A model generated the notes under the pieces. That model did not search any database and was not told the origin of the DNA. It saw only the letters and a list, made by a program, of their open reading frames with translations. The position numbers and the translations under genes are program-made. From positions 1 to 64,000 of the IMG/VR virus record IMGVR_UViG_3300042566_001780: a DNA stretch of 64,000 nt; one strand, given 5' to 3'. Shown here in pieces: positions 45,385 to 54,503 of this stretch. Every line of letters begins with the position of its first letter. Position 1 is the stretch's first letter.

Positions 45385-47603
45385 TTCGCTATTCCTTTTT
45401 TGAATTTCATAAACATTTTGAATAATTCAGGATTTCTGACTCGCTTAATGATCTTTTTGTCATTATTTGCAAATAGCTTAGTTGGCACAGAAGCAATATC
45501 TCCGGCGCTAGTAGATGCGGCATCACCATCTTCCTTAATCTTACTGACTTCAGCAAGCAGATTTAGATTTGAATTTCCCATAATGATATTAGTTTGAATG
45601 TGTTTGAATCTATTTAAGAGTAATGACCGCGGAGTGAATCTTAAAGCATGCATGTATAACTCGCCAAGATATTTGACTTTTTCATCAAATGTCATTTGGT
45701 CCCACCCAAACGCATTTCTAATCAAATAATTCAGCTTTTTAGATCTGAAACCGCTAAAGTCTATTAATTGCTTTATCGTGAAATGATGAGATTTCCAATC
45801 AATCTTACGATTTAAGTCAGTTGACAAATCCATATGCAACATATTCCACCAGAGCTTTGGAATAGGCTGTGTCATTCTTGCTATTACTTTTTCAGCATCA
45901 GAATTTAGAACGCTTTTCACATCTTTTCTATTTGCCGACCATATGATATATCCCCAGTGATTTAAGGGACTCATATCGTAATTCCACTTTTTCAAGTGCA
46001 TGTTCTTTTGATCACGCAACAATCGTCGAGCTTTTGTATCATTCTCTTTAAGAAGAATAATAGACATCATCAAAATGGATAGGTATGAATTTAGAATGTG
46101 AAACCCATCCAAATTCTTTGCATTTTGAAGATCAACTTCGCCATATGAAGAAGCTTTATGCTTTTTAGCTTCCTGAATTGGTGAGTTATCACCAATCAAG
46201 TGACCATACAAAATATCTAATAGTTCTAGCGAATTATTAGTACCTTTGATTTTGTTAAATTGAGATATAAAGCTTTTCCGGGTTTCAGCAAAAATTGTCA
46301 GTGTTTTCTTAAAAACTTCATCAGATAACTTAACTACCTTACCGCTCTTCAACTTTAATTCATATTTGTCTTTGTTTTTCTTAAAGTCATCCAATTTGGA
46401 ATCTAGCTCTTTCTTAGTAGCCGATATCATCAACAAAATTTTTCTTTTTGTTTGCTGAAAGTCTTTAATCTCAAAATAGTTTTCAAGATTGCTTAAGACT
46501 TCTTCCTTAGAGTCTCCGCCAAGCTCTGCTAATTTCTTCTTCATAGTAGCTGCCTTGGCTAGACTTGCTTCACCCAAAAACTTTGCAATTCGAATTCTCA
46601 AATGACCTGTAAGACCACCTTGAGCTTCTAGCGAGGCGTTTTCATCAGTTGTCATAAGTGGACCACGAATAATATCACGCATCGACTGGTTGAATCTATT
46701 GGTAATTAGAAATTCATCCTTATTGACCAACTTAACTTGTTCATTTGTATTTGGATCCCGAAAAACAATACCTTCTAGATTAGCATCACCTAGACTGGAT
46801 TTTAAAGATGCCGATCTGTCAAGCAGCGCGCGTTTAATATCGGCTTTGTATTCAGAATCAATCTTAGCCAAAACTGCAGACCTGGCAGCTTTTACTAACT
46901 CACGTGAGTCAGTTTTTACTGATGAAAGATTAACCGAAGCCAATTCTTTATTTGTGTATTGCTTGATTTCAGACTTTTGATTTAGAAAGTCTTCAAGATC
47001 TTTAAGAGACTTTAAAAGTTGTTCACTCTTAAGTTTTTCCAAATCAATTTTTTGCGGAGATACTATTTGGAATGTAGTGCGGATTTTTTCATCAATCAGT
47101 TCAATACCATCATTAGATGAAACTACTTCAACCTCAGTATCTATCTTTTGGTTAGCTAGAGATGCAGCCAACTCATCTGCCACATTATCTGGAGTACCAG
47201 CAGCACCGCGTAATATGACCAAATAAGAATTGCCAGATCCACCATAGTTGACGGTGTTCGGTTGTGCGCCGAACAAAACTTCTATTTCAACAGTAGCACC
47301 AGGAAATAATACTTTTTTAATATCAGTTTCTATATTTGAAAGGGCTATATGTGCTGCTCTGAATTGATTGAAATCTGCGATTTTGGGCCATTCGTCTGGT
47401 GAATAGTACCTAATTGCTGCCGATCGTTTCCCCTCACGGGAAGTATAAAACTGGCCGTCATCATCTACGCCTATCCAAAGCTGAGCACCATCAACCTTTT
47501 CTAGACCCTTTAAATCTGATAATCGGTTTAGCACAGAAATAAAATCTTCCAATGGAAGATCTTCAATATGGCTAATACCTTCTGACAAAAAAGTTGATGA
47601 CAT
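45381..47603 (-). CDS. Ligase-like nucleotidyltransferase-fold protein (late)
   Basis: Motif I EKVDG, EIE, motif IV EGIVF, VKLVNK; start 47603 fits the late motif 30 nt upstream. Confidence 0.6.
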   Translation of the reverse strand: MSSTFLSEGISHIEDLPLEDFISVLNRLSDLKGLEKVDGAQLWIGVDDDGQFYTSREGKRSAAIRYYSPDEWPKIADFNQFRAAHIALSNIETDIKKVLFPGATVEIEVLFGAQPNTVNYGGSGNSYLVILRGAAGTPDNVADELAASLANQKIDTEVEVVSSNDGIELIDEKIRTTFQIVSPQKIDLEKLKSEQLLKSLKDLEDFLNQKSEIKQYTNKELASVNLSSVKTDSRELVKAARSAVLAKIDSEYKADIKRALLDRSASLKSSLGDANLEGIVFRDPNTNEQVKLVNKDEFLITNRFNQSMRDIIRGPLMTTDENASLEAQGGLTGHLRIRIAKFLGEASLAKAATMKKKLAELGGDSKEEVLSNLENYFEIKDFQQTKRKILLMISATKKELDSKLDDFKKNKDKYELKLKSGKVVKLSDEVFKKTLTIFAETRKSFISQFNKIKGTNNSLELLDILYGHLIGDNSPIQEAKKHKASSYGEVDLQNAKNLDGFHILNSYLSILMMSIILLKENDTKARRLLRDQKNMHLKKWNYDMSPLNHWGYIIWSANRKDVKSVLNSDAEKVIARMTQPIPKLWWNMLHMDLSTDLNRKIDWKSHHFTIKQLIDFSGFRSKKLNYLIRNAFGWDQMTFDEKVKYLGELYMHALRFTPRSLLLNRFKHIQTNIIMGNSNLNLLAEVSKIKEDGDAASTSAGDIASVPTKLFANNDKKIIKRVRNPELFKMFMKFKKGIAK

Positions 47604-47631
47604 GGACTGACCTTGAATTTGTTTCAATTGT

Positions 47632-47639
47632 CTATTTAG
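47632..47639 (-). promoter_or_regulatory. Putative late promoter CTAAATAG
   Basis: Reverse complement CTATTTAG. Confidence 0.65.
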
Positions 47640-47659
47640 ACGTTTTTGGCTCAAATGAC

Positions 47660-47688
47660 AAAAAGGGTGTTCAATGAACACCCTTTTT
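47660..47688 (-). terminator. Intrinsic terminator
   Basis: AAAAGGGTGTTC-AAT-GAACACCCTTTT flanked by A/T runs. Confidence 0.8.
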
Positions 47689-47705
47689 AATCAACTACAC
47701 AGAAA

Positions 47706-47939
47706 TTACTCAGCCGTAGCTGGCTCATCCTTAGCAGCAAGCTCTTTCTTTACGGCATCACCAATTTGGGAGCCGATAGTTTGCATAGCTGCCTGAAGCT
47801 TAAGCACTTCAAGTTGTGCTTGCTGGAGATCAGCAGCAAATTTATGATACACCGTTACTGCTTGTTGCACTGTATCAGAAAATTGTGCAACATCGTAGTT
47901 GACGCCATCAATAGTAAGATGATTTTTAGCTTGATCCAT
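47706..47939 (-). CDS. Small coiled-coil hypothetical protein (77 aa)
   Basis: LTIDGVNYDV followed by a heptad helix; GGAG RBS; late motif upstream. Confidence 0.75.
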   Translation of the reverse strand: MDQAKNHLTIDGVNYDVAQFSDTVQQAVTVYHKFAADLQQAQLEVLKLQAAMQTIGSQIGDAVKKELAAKDEPATAE

Positions 47940-47975
47940 AGTTGTTAAACTCCAAATGTTATGTTAATGGTCTGT

Positions 47976-47983
47976 CTATTTAG
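47976..47983 (-). promoter_or_regulatory. Putative late promoter CTAAATAG
   Basis: Upstream of 47939. Confidence 0.65.
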
Positions 47984-48001
47984 CGCTCAAAAACGCCTTT
48001 T

Positions 48002-49348
48002 TCAACCTTGATTCAGCAGTGATTCAAGTGAATCAGAACGATCGCCTGGAGTCACAGTTGTCATCATTGGTTTTTTACCAGTTGGACGTTCAAGCTTAAG
48101 ATTAGATTTCATATCAGAGATTCTCAAGCTTTCGGCATTCCAATCCATCTCTAGCTTTTTGTTGACGGCACTAGAGTTACGGGACTTGAGGAATTCAAAA
48201 CGATACAAACCTGCAGCATCCATAGCCTCATCTTTAACAAGAGCAATTGCCAGATCAGCAGTGTTGATTTTCGAGATGCCGCCCTGAATCATATCTTGCC
48301 CGAGACTCTTTTGTTCACGAGTAGCGGTAATTGCGGAGCGTCCTAGTTGACTCGAACTAATAACTACTGCATCAAAGTCAAATCCAATTGCGCGCACTTC
48401 TTCAGCAACAAATTTGTCTTTGACAAACAGAGAATCTCCTGCGTGCTTTTGAACTGAAGCCATCAGATCCAAGTAATCAACAATAATGAAGTCTGGTCTA
48501 AATGCGCACTCAACTTCCAACTCGCGCAGATATGAAGTAATATGATCTGCAGTCGTAGTAGTCTCTCTCATTCGCTTGATGAAGAATCTACCAAAACCAG
48601 AATCACGAGCAATTTCAATATCTTGCCCGACTTTAAGCTTGTTGGCAAAAATGTTCTTACCACTGATACGGCTGATGATGGAGTCAAGACGTTTTGCAAC
48701 TACTCGATCACGCATTTCGAGCGTAATATAAACACCATTCAACCCGGCTTTCAACAAATTGTAACCGAGATTCAACTTTGCTACAGATTTACCACCGCCG
48801 CTATTAGCCAAAAATAGAATCAATTCTTGTCGACCAATACCACCGCCAATCAAATCATCAACAGAATTCCAGCCAGTTGGAATCAAAATTTCTGCAGATT
48901 CGGAAGCAGTTAACCGAGAAATAGGATCGCTGAAGTAGTCAATACCTAAATCACTGTGCAGTGCAATCTGAGATGCTAGCTTGATCTCATTGACCATTTG
49001 GCCAAAAGAACCCTTCTCAATATGAGATGGAGCTCTCAAAACAGCTTCAGTGACTGCGCGAATTTGACAAAATGACGCAATTTGTTCTGCAATGTATTGA
49101 GCATCTGCTTTATTCAAAGCAGGAATCGCATCGATTTTAGCCTTAGTGGCTACCTCAACGATATGAGAAGGCGGCACACTTCTCTGCTCTTGAAAATACT
49201 CTTTCATGAAAGAGATTGTCTTTTGCAACGATGGGTCAAAGTAGCTTGGTTTAATCAAATGATGCACCCGTGCAAATAATCCCGGATTGCTAATCATACT
49301 TGCAATATATAACCGCTGCGCGGTATCATCAATCAATGCTTCACTCAT
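48002..49348 (-). CDS. gp41: DnaB-like replicative helicase
   Basis: Walker A ANSGGGKS, YITLEM, IIVDYLDLM, SSQLGR, KSRNS. Confidence 0.93.
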   Translation of the reverse strand: MSEALIDDTAQRLYIASMISNPGLFARVHHLIKPSYFDPSLQKTISFMKEYFQEQRSVPPSHIVEVATKAKIDAIPALNKADAQYIAEQIASFCQIRAVTEAVLRAPSHIEKGSFGQMVNEIKLASQIALHSDLGIDYFSDPISRLTASESAEILIPTGWNSVDDLIGGGIGRQELILFLANSGGGKSVAKLNLGYNLLKAGLNGVYITLEMRDRVVAKRLDSIISRISGKNIFANKLKVGQDIEIARDSGFGRFFIKRMRETTTTADHITSYLRELEVECAFRPDFIIVDYLDLMASVQKHAGDSLFVKDKFVAEEVRAIGFDFDAVVISSSQLGRSAITATREQKSLGQDMIQGGISKINTADLAIALVKDEAMDAAGLYRFEFLKSRNSSAVNKKLEMDWNAESLRISDMKSNLKLERPTGKKPMMTTVTPGDRSDSLESLLNQG

Positions 49349-50382
49349 TTCGTACCTTTAAGTTTTGACAATGCAACTGCCATATTCAATGCCAACATTG
49401 TAGTTAGAGATTTGTTTTCAGAAGTTGTAATAGTATCCGGTTTACTCATATTCTTCATAAGAGACCATGCAGTAAAACTTCTACCAAACTTTTTGACACT
49501 ATCATTTACGTCCGTTGCTCTATCATCCACGAATGTAATGTCCCATCCCAGATCAAGAGCATCATTAGCAACTCTGGCTCCGTTCTTGTTCTTGTCAATG
49601 ACAAATACTTTTTTGCGTGGGCTTTTCTTCAAGATTTCAATCTTGGCTTCATTCAATGAAGAGCCTAGCAATGCTACTCCATCAAATTCATAAGCATCAA
49701 AAATGCCTTCAGCAATGAATAGCGGATAGTCAAAGTTCTTAAACAGATTATCATATCCCCACATCACCGCTTCTTTATTTGTGCTCGGGGATTTATACCT
49801 CATTTTGTCATTTGGCAATATACTACGTGCTTGCCAATAAATGAGCTTGCCATTTCGATAAACTGGAATGATGATTCGATTCAACCACTTCTCATTTAAG
49901 CTGAAGCCGCACTTCAACCTAGTGTAATCAATTGATCTTGAATTCAAATAATCAATTAGCGGTTGCTGAATAGTTTTAGCTCGATCATCACCAAGAAAAA
50001 ATGTAGATGGGGGAAAGTCAATCTCTGGGGTACTTAGATTGACTTTCTTTTTGAGAGTGTCTAAAGTAATGTCTTTAGATTCTTCAGGTTTAACGAAGAA
50101 CTTATGCGCAGTTATCTGAGCTAGTTGATCATCATTTAGACCATATGCTTTTAGAACTCGAGATGCGCTTTTTGATAAATGACCGGTACTGTGATCATAG
50201 TTGAATGCAGCGCCACAGTTGAAATCATGCCAAACTACGTTATCGCCTTCAAACAAAAAGCCTGCACGTTCTTTATAGTCATTGCAAACCGGGCATTTGC
50301 TAATAAACCAGCCAGATGGCAGTTGCCTTCCCAGAGGAATATTATTTTGAATAAGCTCACGAAGAGATACTATTTTCTGCAT
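49345..50382 (-). CDS. gp61: DNA primase
   Basis: Zn finger CPVC...HDFNCG; RIIIP; TOPRIM IAEGIFDA, VIDKN, DVND. Confidence 0.9.
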   Translation of the reverse strand: MQKIVSLRELIQNNIPLGRQLPSGWFISKCPVCNDYKERAGFLFEGDNVVWHDFNCGAAFNYDHSTGHLSKSASRVLKAYGLNDDQLAQITAHKFFVKPEESKDITLDTLKKKVNLSTPEIDFPPSTFFLGDDRAKTIQQPLIDYLNSRSIDYTRLKCGFSLNEKWLNRIIIPVYRNGKLIYWQARSILPNDKMRYKSPSTNKEAVMWGYDNLFKNFDYPLFIAEGIFDAYEFDGVALLGSSLNEAKIEILKKSPRKKVFVIDKNKNGARVANDALDLGWDITFVDDRATDVNDSVKKFGRSFTAWSLMKNMSKPDTITTSENKSLTTMLALNMAVALSKLKGTK

Positions 50383-50422
50383 TAGCTAATTCTAACATTT
50401 TCAGCTAATGAATGTAACCTCA

Positions 50423-50941
50423 TTAGAGGATTCCCATGTAGTGCCGAACCTTCTTAGCATAATAGAAGTTTGAATTAGAAATTGATTTAGATCCAGGTCC
50501 TTGATTATAGGAATTAATCAGCGTGCTACCAGTAAATCCAAACCGATTTCTAATCATTAGCAAGTACTTTGATGCTACTTCAATATTGAATTTGAAATCA
50601 TATGCAAGTGCATGCTTGATAGCTTTGTCAGATTTTTGCACATCATATTTTTCAAGCAAATATGGCCATTGCTTGAGGACATCTTTAGCAGCACCAATGG
50701 TCAATTGTGCCATACCGTAATAGGTGCTTTTTCCATTACGAACAATTTCATACTTAGGATGTTTACCAGCCTTTGATTCAACCATAATGATGGCTGCTAT
50801 CAAATTCTCAGGATGATCATGCTCAATTGCGATTTCTTTTGCAAATTCAATAGCTTCATGATCAATTGAATTTGCAATTGATAGGTTATTTGAAAGTGTA
50901 AAGAGCGCCAGACCTAGTAAAAGGTGTTTCAATTTTGTCAT
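50423..50941 (-). CDS. Soluble lytic transglycosylase (SLT) with N-terminal signal/anchor
   Basis: AIIMVES, GMAQL, NIEVASKYL, SYNQGPG, YAKKV; hydrophobic N-terminus. Confidence 0.85.
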   Translation of the reverse strand: MTKLKHLLLGLALFTLSNNLSIANSIDHEAIEFAKEIAIEHDHPENLIAAIIMVESKAGKHPKYEIVRNGKSTYYGMAQLTIGAAKDVLKQWPYLLEKYDVQKSDKAIKHALAYDFKFNIEVASKYLLMIRNRFGFTGSTLINSYNQGPGSKSISNSNFYYAKKVRHYMGIL

Positions 50942-51050
50942 AAGATTTTCTCCAATAATGACTTTTTGCGAGATCTTAACCCAAAGCAGAAACTTTAGGA
51001 CCTAAGAAAGTCATTTTGATTTTAGGCTTGTTCCAAGCCTATTCTAAACT

Positions 51051-51076
51051 ACAAAGGAGCCCGAAAGCTCCTTTGT
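51051..51076 (-). terminator. UUCG-capped intrinsic terminator
   Basis: Minus strand ACAAAGGAGCT-TTCG-GGCTCCTTTGT. Confidence 0.8.
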
Positions 51077-51094
51077 TTTTGGTTTGCCCAAAAA

Positions 51095-51520
51095 TTATCG
51101 CAACACAGAAGGTTGCTCGGAAGCAACACCTGCACCACGTGGATCAGAGAACTGAGATCCAATCATCGTACCATCATCGGCATCAATAGCCACAGTAGCT
51201 AAACCGCCACCAAGTACAGAACCCTTCGGTCGCTTAACCTTAACATAGTTTGCGTGGAAGAAATCCAGTGCATTCATGCCATTGTTGAGCTTTGCTTGAG
51301 ACAAGAGTTCCCAAAGGGGATATTTGTCTGCGTGTACTGAAGTCACAATCTTTTTCAGACGACCTTTATCAATGGGATGAAGCTTTTCAACATCAACACC
51401 GAAAATAGTGCCATCTTCAGTTTCCATAACGACAGCAATTTCTTTCAAAATACCATCATCATTCCATTCGATCAAATATACGTGACGCATATTTGTTTCG
51501 CGCTTTTCAATTTTTGCCAT
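51095..51520 (-). CDS. Conserved hypothetical phage protein
   Basis: Probable start MAKIEKRE at 51520 with GGAG RBS; late motif at 51615. Confidence 0.7.
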   Translation of the reverse strand: MAKIEKRETNMRHVYLIEWNDDGILKEIAVVMETEDGTIFGVDVEKLHPIDKGRLKKIVTSVHADKYPLWELLSQAKLNNGMNALDFFHANYVKVKRPKGSVLGGGLATVAIDADDGTMIGSQFSDPRGAGVASEQPSVLR

Positions 51521-51614
51521 AGTTTTTCTCCAATTCGGGATATCGTCAAACGATTTACTTGCTAAGAACCTTCTTAGCAAAACCCATTAAGCCACTATTT
51601 TTCAAGTGGTAAAA

Positions 51615-51622
51615 CTATTTAG
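51615..51622 (-). promoter_or_regulatory. Putative late promoter CTAAATAG
   Basis: Intergenic CTATTTAG. Confidence 0.6.
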
Positions 51623-51648
51623 CAGAATTGAAAAGCCTTCTCCGGAGG

Positions 51649-52047
51649 TTAACTGACCTTTTTCAGGATGCTGATTTCATCTTGCTGCCATCCATTCTTG
51701 AGATGTATATTGAATGCCCTATTGACTTCATTGAACGTCATGGGAATAGAAAGATTTAATTGATGCTGCACCAAAAAATAGTCTCTTGGTTCTTTAACCT
51801 TGATGAAAAACCAGCTTTCACCACTAACTATTTCACGCGTAACTAGATCAGGTTTTTCTTTTTGAATCTGCTTAGCTTCTTCAAGAGTGAGCTCATCTGC
51901 TTCAATGTAGAAGTCAAATGGTTTCAACAACTTAGAGCGAAGCTTTGTGGAAATAGCTTTGATTGTAGTTGATGTCCCAACAACAGTGAGAATAGTGCGA
52001 TCAGTCATTTCAAAAAACAAAGCCTTTGATAACTGGTTTGCTGACAA
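51649..52047 (-). CDS. Hypothetical protein
   Basis: ORF following RNase H; true start may be internal. Confidence 0.6.
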   Translation of the reverse strand: MSANQLSKALFFEMTDRTILTVVGTSTTIKAISTKLRSKLLKPFDFYIEADELTLEEAKQIQKEKPDLVTREIVSGESWFFIKVKEPRDYFLVQHQLNLSIPMTFNEVNRAFNIHLKNGWQQDEISILKKVS

Positions 52048-53053
52048 TCTTCTTCACAGGTTCTTCACCATTAATTTGCTCAGGATAACCTGTTCCAGAC
52101 AGCATTGGGACAAAATCAGTAGATTTCTCCGAGATTTGTTGAAGCTCATACTTGCCAAGGAACTTTTGGAATTGAAAGAAGTTAAATTGACCGTGATTTT
52201 CACTTTCAAACTTAATGACTTCTTCAATCCTCTCACGAATAGGAGCAGGTTGCATCTTAAGATTCATGAGAAGATTATTTTCCTCATACATCTTATCGAC
52301 TGACATCATTCGCTTATCGCCCGTTTCTGGATCCATGAATTCCCAAGTTGAATTCAATAAGTTAGACATTTCAAAAGCATCTGCTTGCTGCAAATCAACT
52401 TTATCACCAACTACACCAAAAGCCTTATGTAAACGAGTCTTTCTCACTCGAGGAAATGCAGGGAGCACATTATCGCCAGAATCTCCACGCATACATTTCT
52501 CAAACATGAAATAGTCTGCGTCATCTACACCACACACACCCAGCAAAGAGCGCGGCTTTCCGTCATCTGGATTAATAACTCGAATCTTTGGGTTGCCAAG
52601 AAGCTGAACGAAGTCTTTATCTCCAGAGAGAATATCTACTTCATCGCCCTGAGCTGCGAAATAATCAGCATACCCTCCAATCAAATCATCACCCTCAAGA
52701 ATGGGATTTGTAAGGGTGACAATGTTAGTATGCGATCTGGCAAGTTCTTCAAATGATCGAAGCACATCAAAAAGAACCGCCATTGATGGATCTGCTACTC
52801 GATTAGCTTTGTATACACGTTTTGAATAGCAGTCTTCTGACCTAGTGTATGCTTTGCGCCAGTTCTGGGAACCCTCAAAAACTACAGCCAGCTTTTGGGG
52901 TTTAATTGCCATGTAATGTTTACGAAGTGACATTAAAGCACTGTGCAAACCTAGACCCGCAGTTTCTCTCGCATCTGCTGGACCATAGCGATTTACTGCT
53001 GCAACAGAACGCCAAAACAAATTGCTCAAATCTACAACAAGTCTCTTAGTCAT
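52010..53053 (-). CDS. rnh: T4-type RNase H / FEN-like 5'-3' exonuclease
   Basis: VVDLSN, YKANR, EGDDLIG, SGDKDFVQL, GDSGDNV. Confidence 0.92.
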   Translation of the reverse strand: MTKRLVVDLSNLFWRSVAAVNRYGPADARETAGLGLHSALMSLRKHYMAIKPQKLAVVFEGSQNWRKAYTRSEDCYSKRVYKANRVADPSMAVLFDVLRSFEELARSHTNIVTLTNPILEGDDLIGGYADYFAAQGDEVDILSGDKDFVQLLGNPKIRVINPDDGKPRSLLGVCGVDDADYFMFEKCMRGDSGDNVLPAFPRVRKTRLHKAFGVVGDKVDLQQADAFEMSNLLNSTWEFMDPETGDKRMMSVDKMYEENNLLMNLKMQPAPIRERIEEVIKFESENHGQFNFFQFQKFLGKYELQQISEKSTDFVPMLSGTGYPEQINGEEPVKKIVSKPVIKGFVF

Positions 53054-53377
53054 TTGACCATCCGATTAATGTCATTCATCAAATTTGGGTGCGCTGCAGA
53101 TTTTGCTTGCTCATCTTCTTCAGCAAAAGACACATCCGTTGGTTTCATTTGGCTAGCATAAAAGAAGAGCTGAACTGTATCTTCTTCAGTCTCAGCTTGA
53201 AACCCCATTTTATTGATTGCCTCAATAAAAGGCTTATTCCAGTTGAACTCAACCTTAATACGCCCATCATTTTCAAATCCAACAACCTCGAAACAAGACC
53301 AGGGTTCTTTAGACTTTTCCTGTGACTTCAGATAAAGCTGACGTGAATTGACAAATTTGCTAATGAATTTGAACATC
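53050..53377 (-). CDS. Hypothetical protein
   Basis: Probable start MFKFISK at 53377; overlap-coupled to rnh. Confidence 0.65.
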
Positions 53378-53734
53378 TTACCAATTTCCTGCTGATTGAA
53401 TTTTATTTGCAGAAGCAAGAACGCGTTCTACTTCTGGTTTGATGACTTCTTTGAATCGATCAGCAATGCTAGACTTCACAAAAGCATCAACAATTTCAGT
53501 TACCAAAGTAGTCGTATCTTCGATATTGATCTTGGTGTAATCAATATTGACTTGTGATTTCTTACCAGCAAAAGAAACTGCTACACTCAACATGTTATTG
53601 GTGATTTCGGCTTTAGCCACTGGCGTCCACTTAACTGCATCTGCTTTATAAGCATTGAGCTGCTGTGTAGCATGCTTCAACTGGGCCTCAAGCTTTGCCA
53701 CATATTCAGCACGGCTTTTTTCAATATCGTCCAT
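53378..53734 (-). CDS. Hypothetical protein (118 aa)
   Basis: Coiled-coil N-terminus; operon context. Confidence 0.65.
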   Translation of the reverse strand: MDDIEKSRAEYVAKLEAQLKHATQQLNAYKADAVKWTPVAKAEITNNMLSVAVSFAGKKSQVNIDYTKINIEDTTTLVTEIVDAFVKSSIADRFKEVIKPEVERVLASANKIQSAGNW

Positions 53735-53744
53735 AGTTCATCTT

Positions 53745-54467
53745 TCAGTAAGTGTCAATTTTAGGAATGGCAATCAACTCATACGAGTTATACGTAACTC
53801 GAAGTTGCCCAGTTTGAGAAATAGAGAATGTGACTGGATCGCATTCTTTACTTGAAGCATCAAGAAGTTTTGCAATAACCCCGCCTGCTCCGTCGAAGCT
53901 TGTCAACATTGGAGTTGCTTCATCAATAAACTCGGCAGGATTTTCAAGTTTGAATTCAAACGTATCGTTGGTACTGTCTTTGGCTTCAAACCGGATAATT
54001 TGGTTGCGGTCAATGTGCATCATGATTTTTTCAGACGACAGCACGTTGACGCCACGAACAATCTGCGATACTTCTGCTTTAGACATTACACCCACTGCAA
54101 CTACAGGATCTGTAATTTCTGTAGGCGCTTTGATCATCTTTGGATCTGTACATCTAAACTCAACTCGACCAGATGCCGTCTTGATGTGCATAATTTTAGC
54201 TTTACCTTCAGATGTTACATCTAAAGTCACGTCAATGCTATCACCAAAAAGAGACAAACGTTTGTCAAGTTCGCTAAGACGATTTAAGCCAATCTTGATA
54301 TCGTGATTGTCGGTAAATGAAAAATCTGAGAAGATGCAGCCATTCATCTTCTCAGACACACCACTTACTTTTCCATCTCGAATAACAAATGCATCAACAC
54401 CAACTAAGCGAGCTGCAGAAATAGCATTTTTCAATGCCGTGATATCTTGAGGAGTAAATTTGATCAT
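53745..54467 (-). CDS. gp45: Sliding clamp (gp45-like)
   Basis: 240 aa with a two-domain alpha/beta clamp pattern, directly downstream of the polymerase. Confidence 0.65.
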   Translation of the reverse strand: MIKFTPQDITALKNAISAARLVGVDAFVIRDGKVSGVSEKMNGCIFSDFSFTDNHDIKIGLNRLSELDKRLSLFGDSIDVTLDVTSEGKAKIMHIKTASGRVEFRCTDPKMIKAPTEITDPVVAVGVMSKAEVSQIVRGVNVLSSEKIMMHIDRNQIIRFEAKDSTNDTFEFKLENPAEFIDEATPMLTSFDGAGGVIAKLLDASSKECDPVTFSISQTGQLRVTYNSYELIAIPKIDTY

Positions 54468-54473
54468 AGTCTA

Positions 54474-54501
54474 ATTGTAACAAAGTGTAAGCGGTTTTCA
54501 A
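54474..54501 (-). promoter_or_regulatory. Sigma70-type promoter TTGAAA-N16-TACAAT (extended TG)
   Basis: Minus strand TTGAAAACCGCTTACACTTTGTTACAAT upstream of the clamp gene. Confidence 0.55.
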
Positions 54502-54503
54502 CA

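Noticed and set aside
50942-51050. c-di-GMP riboswitch upstream of SLT
   Set aside because: Some hairpins are present (TAGGCTTG/CAAGCCTA; AATGACTTT/AAAGTCATT), but the GEMM elements are not in the correct order.
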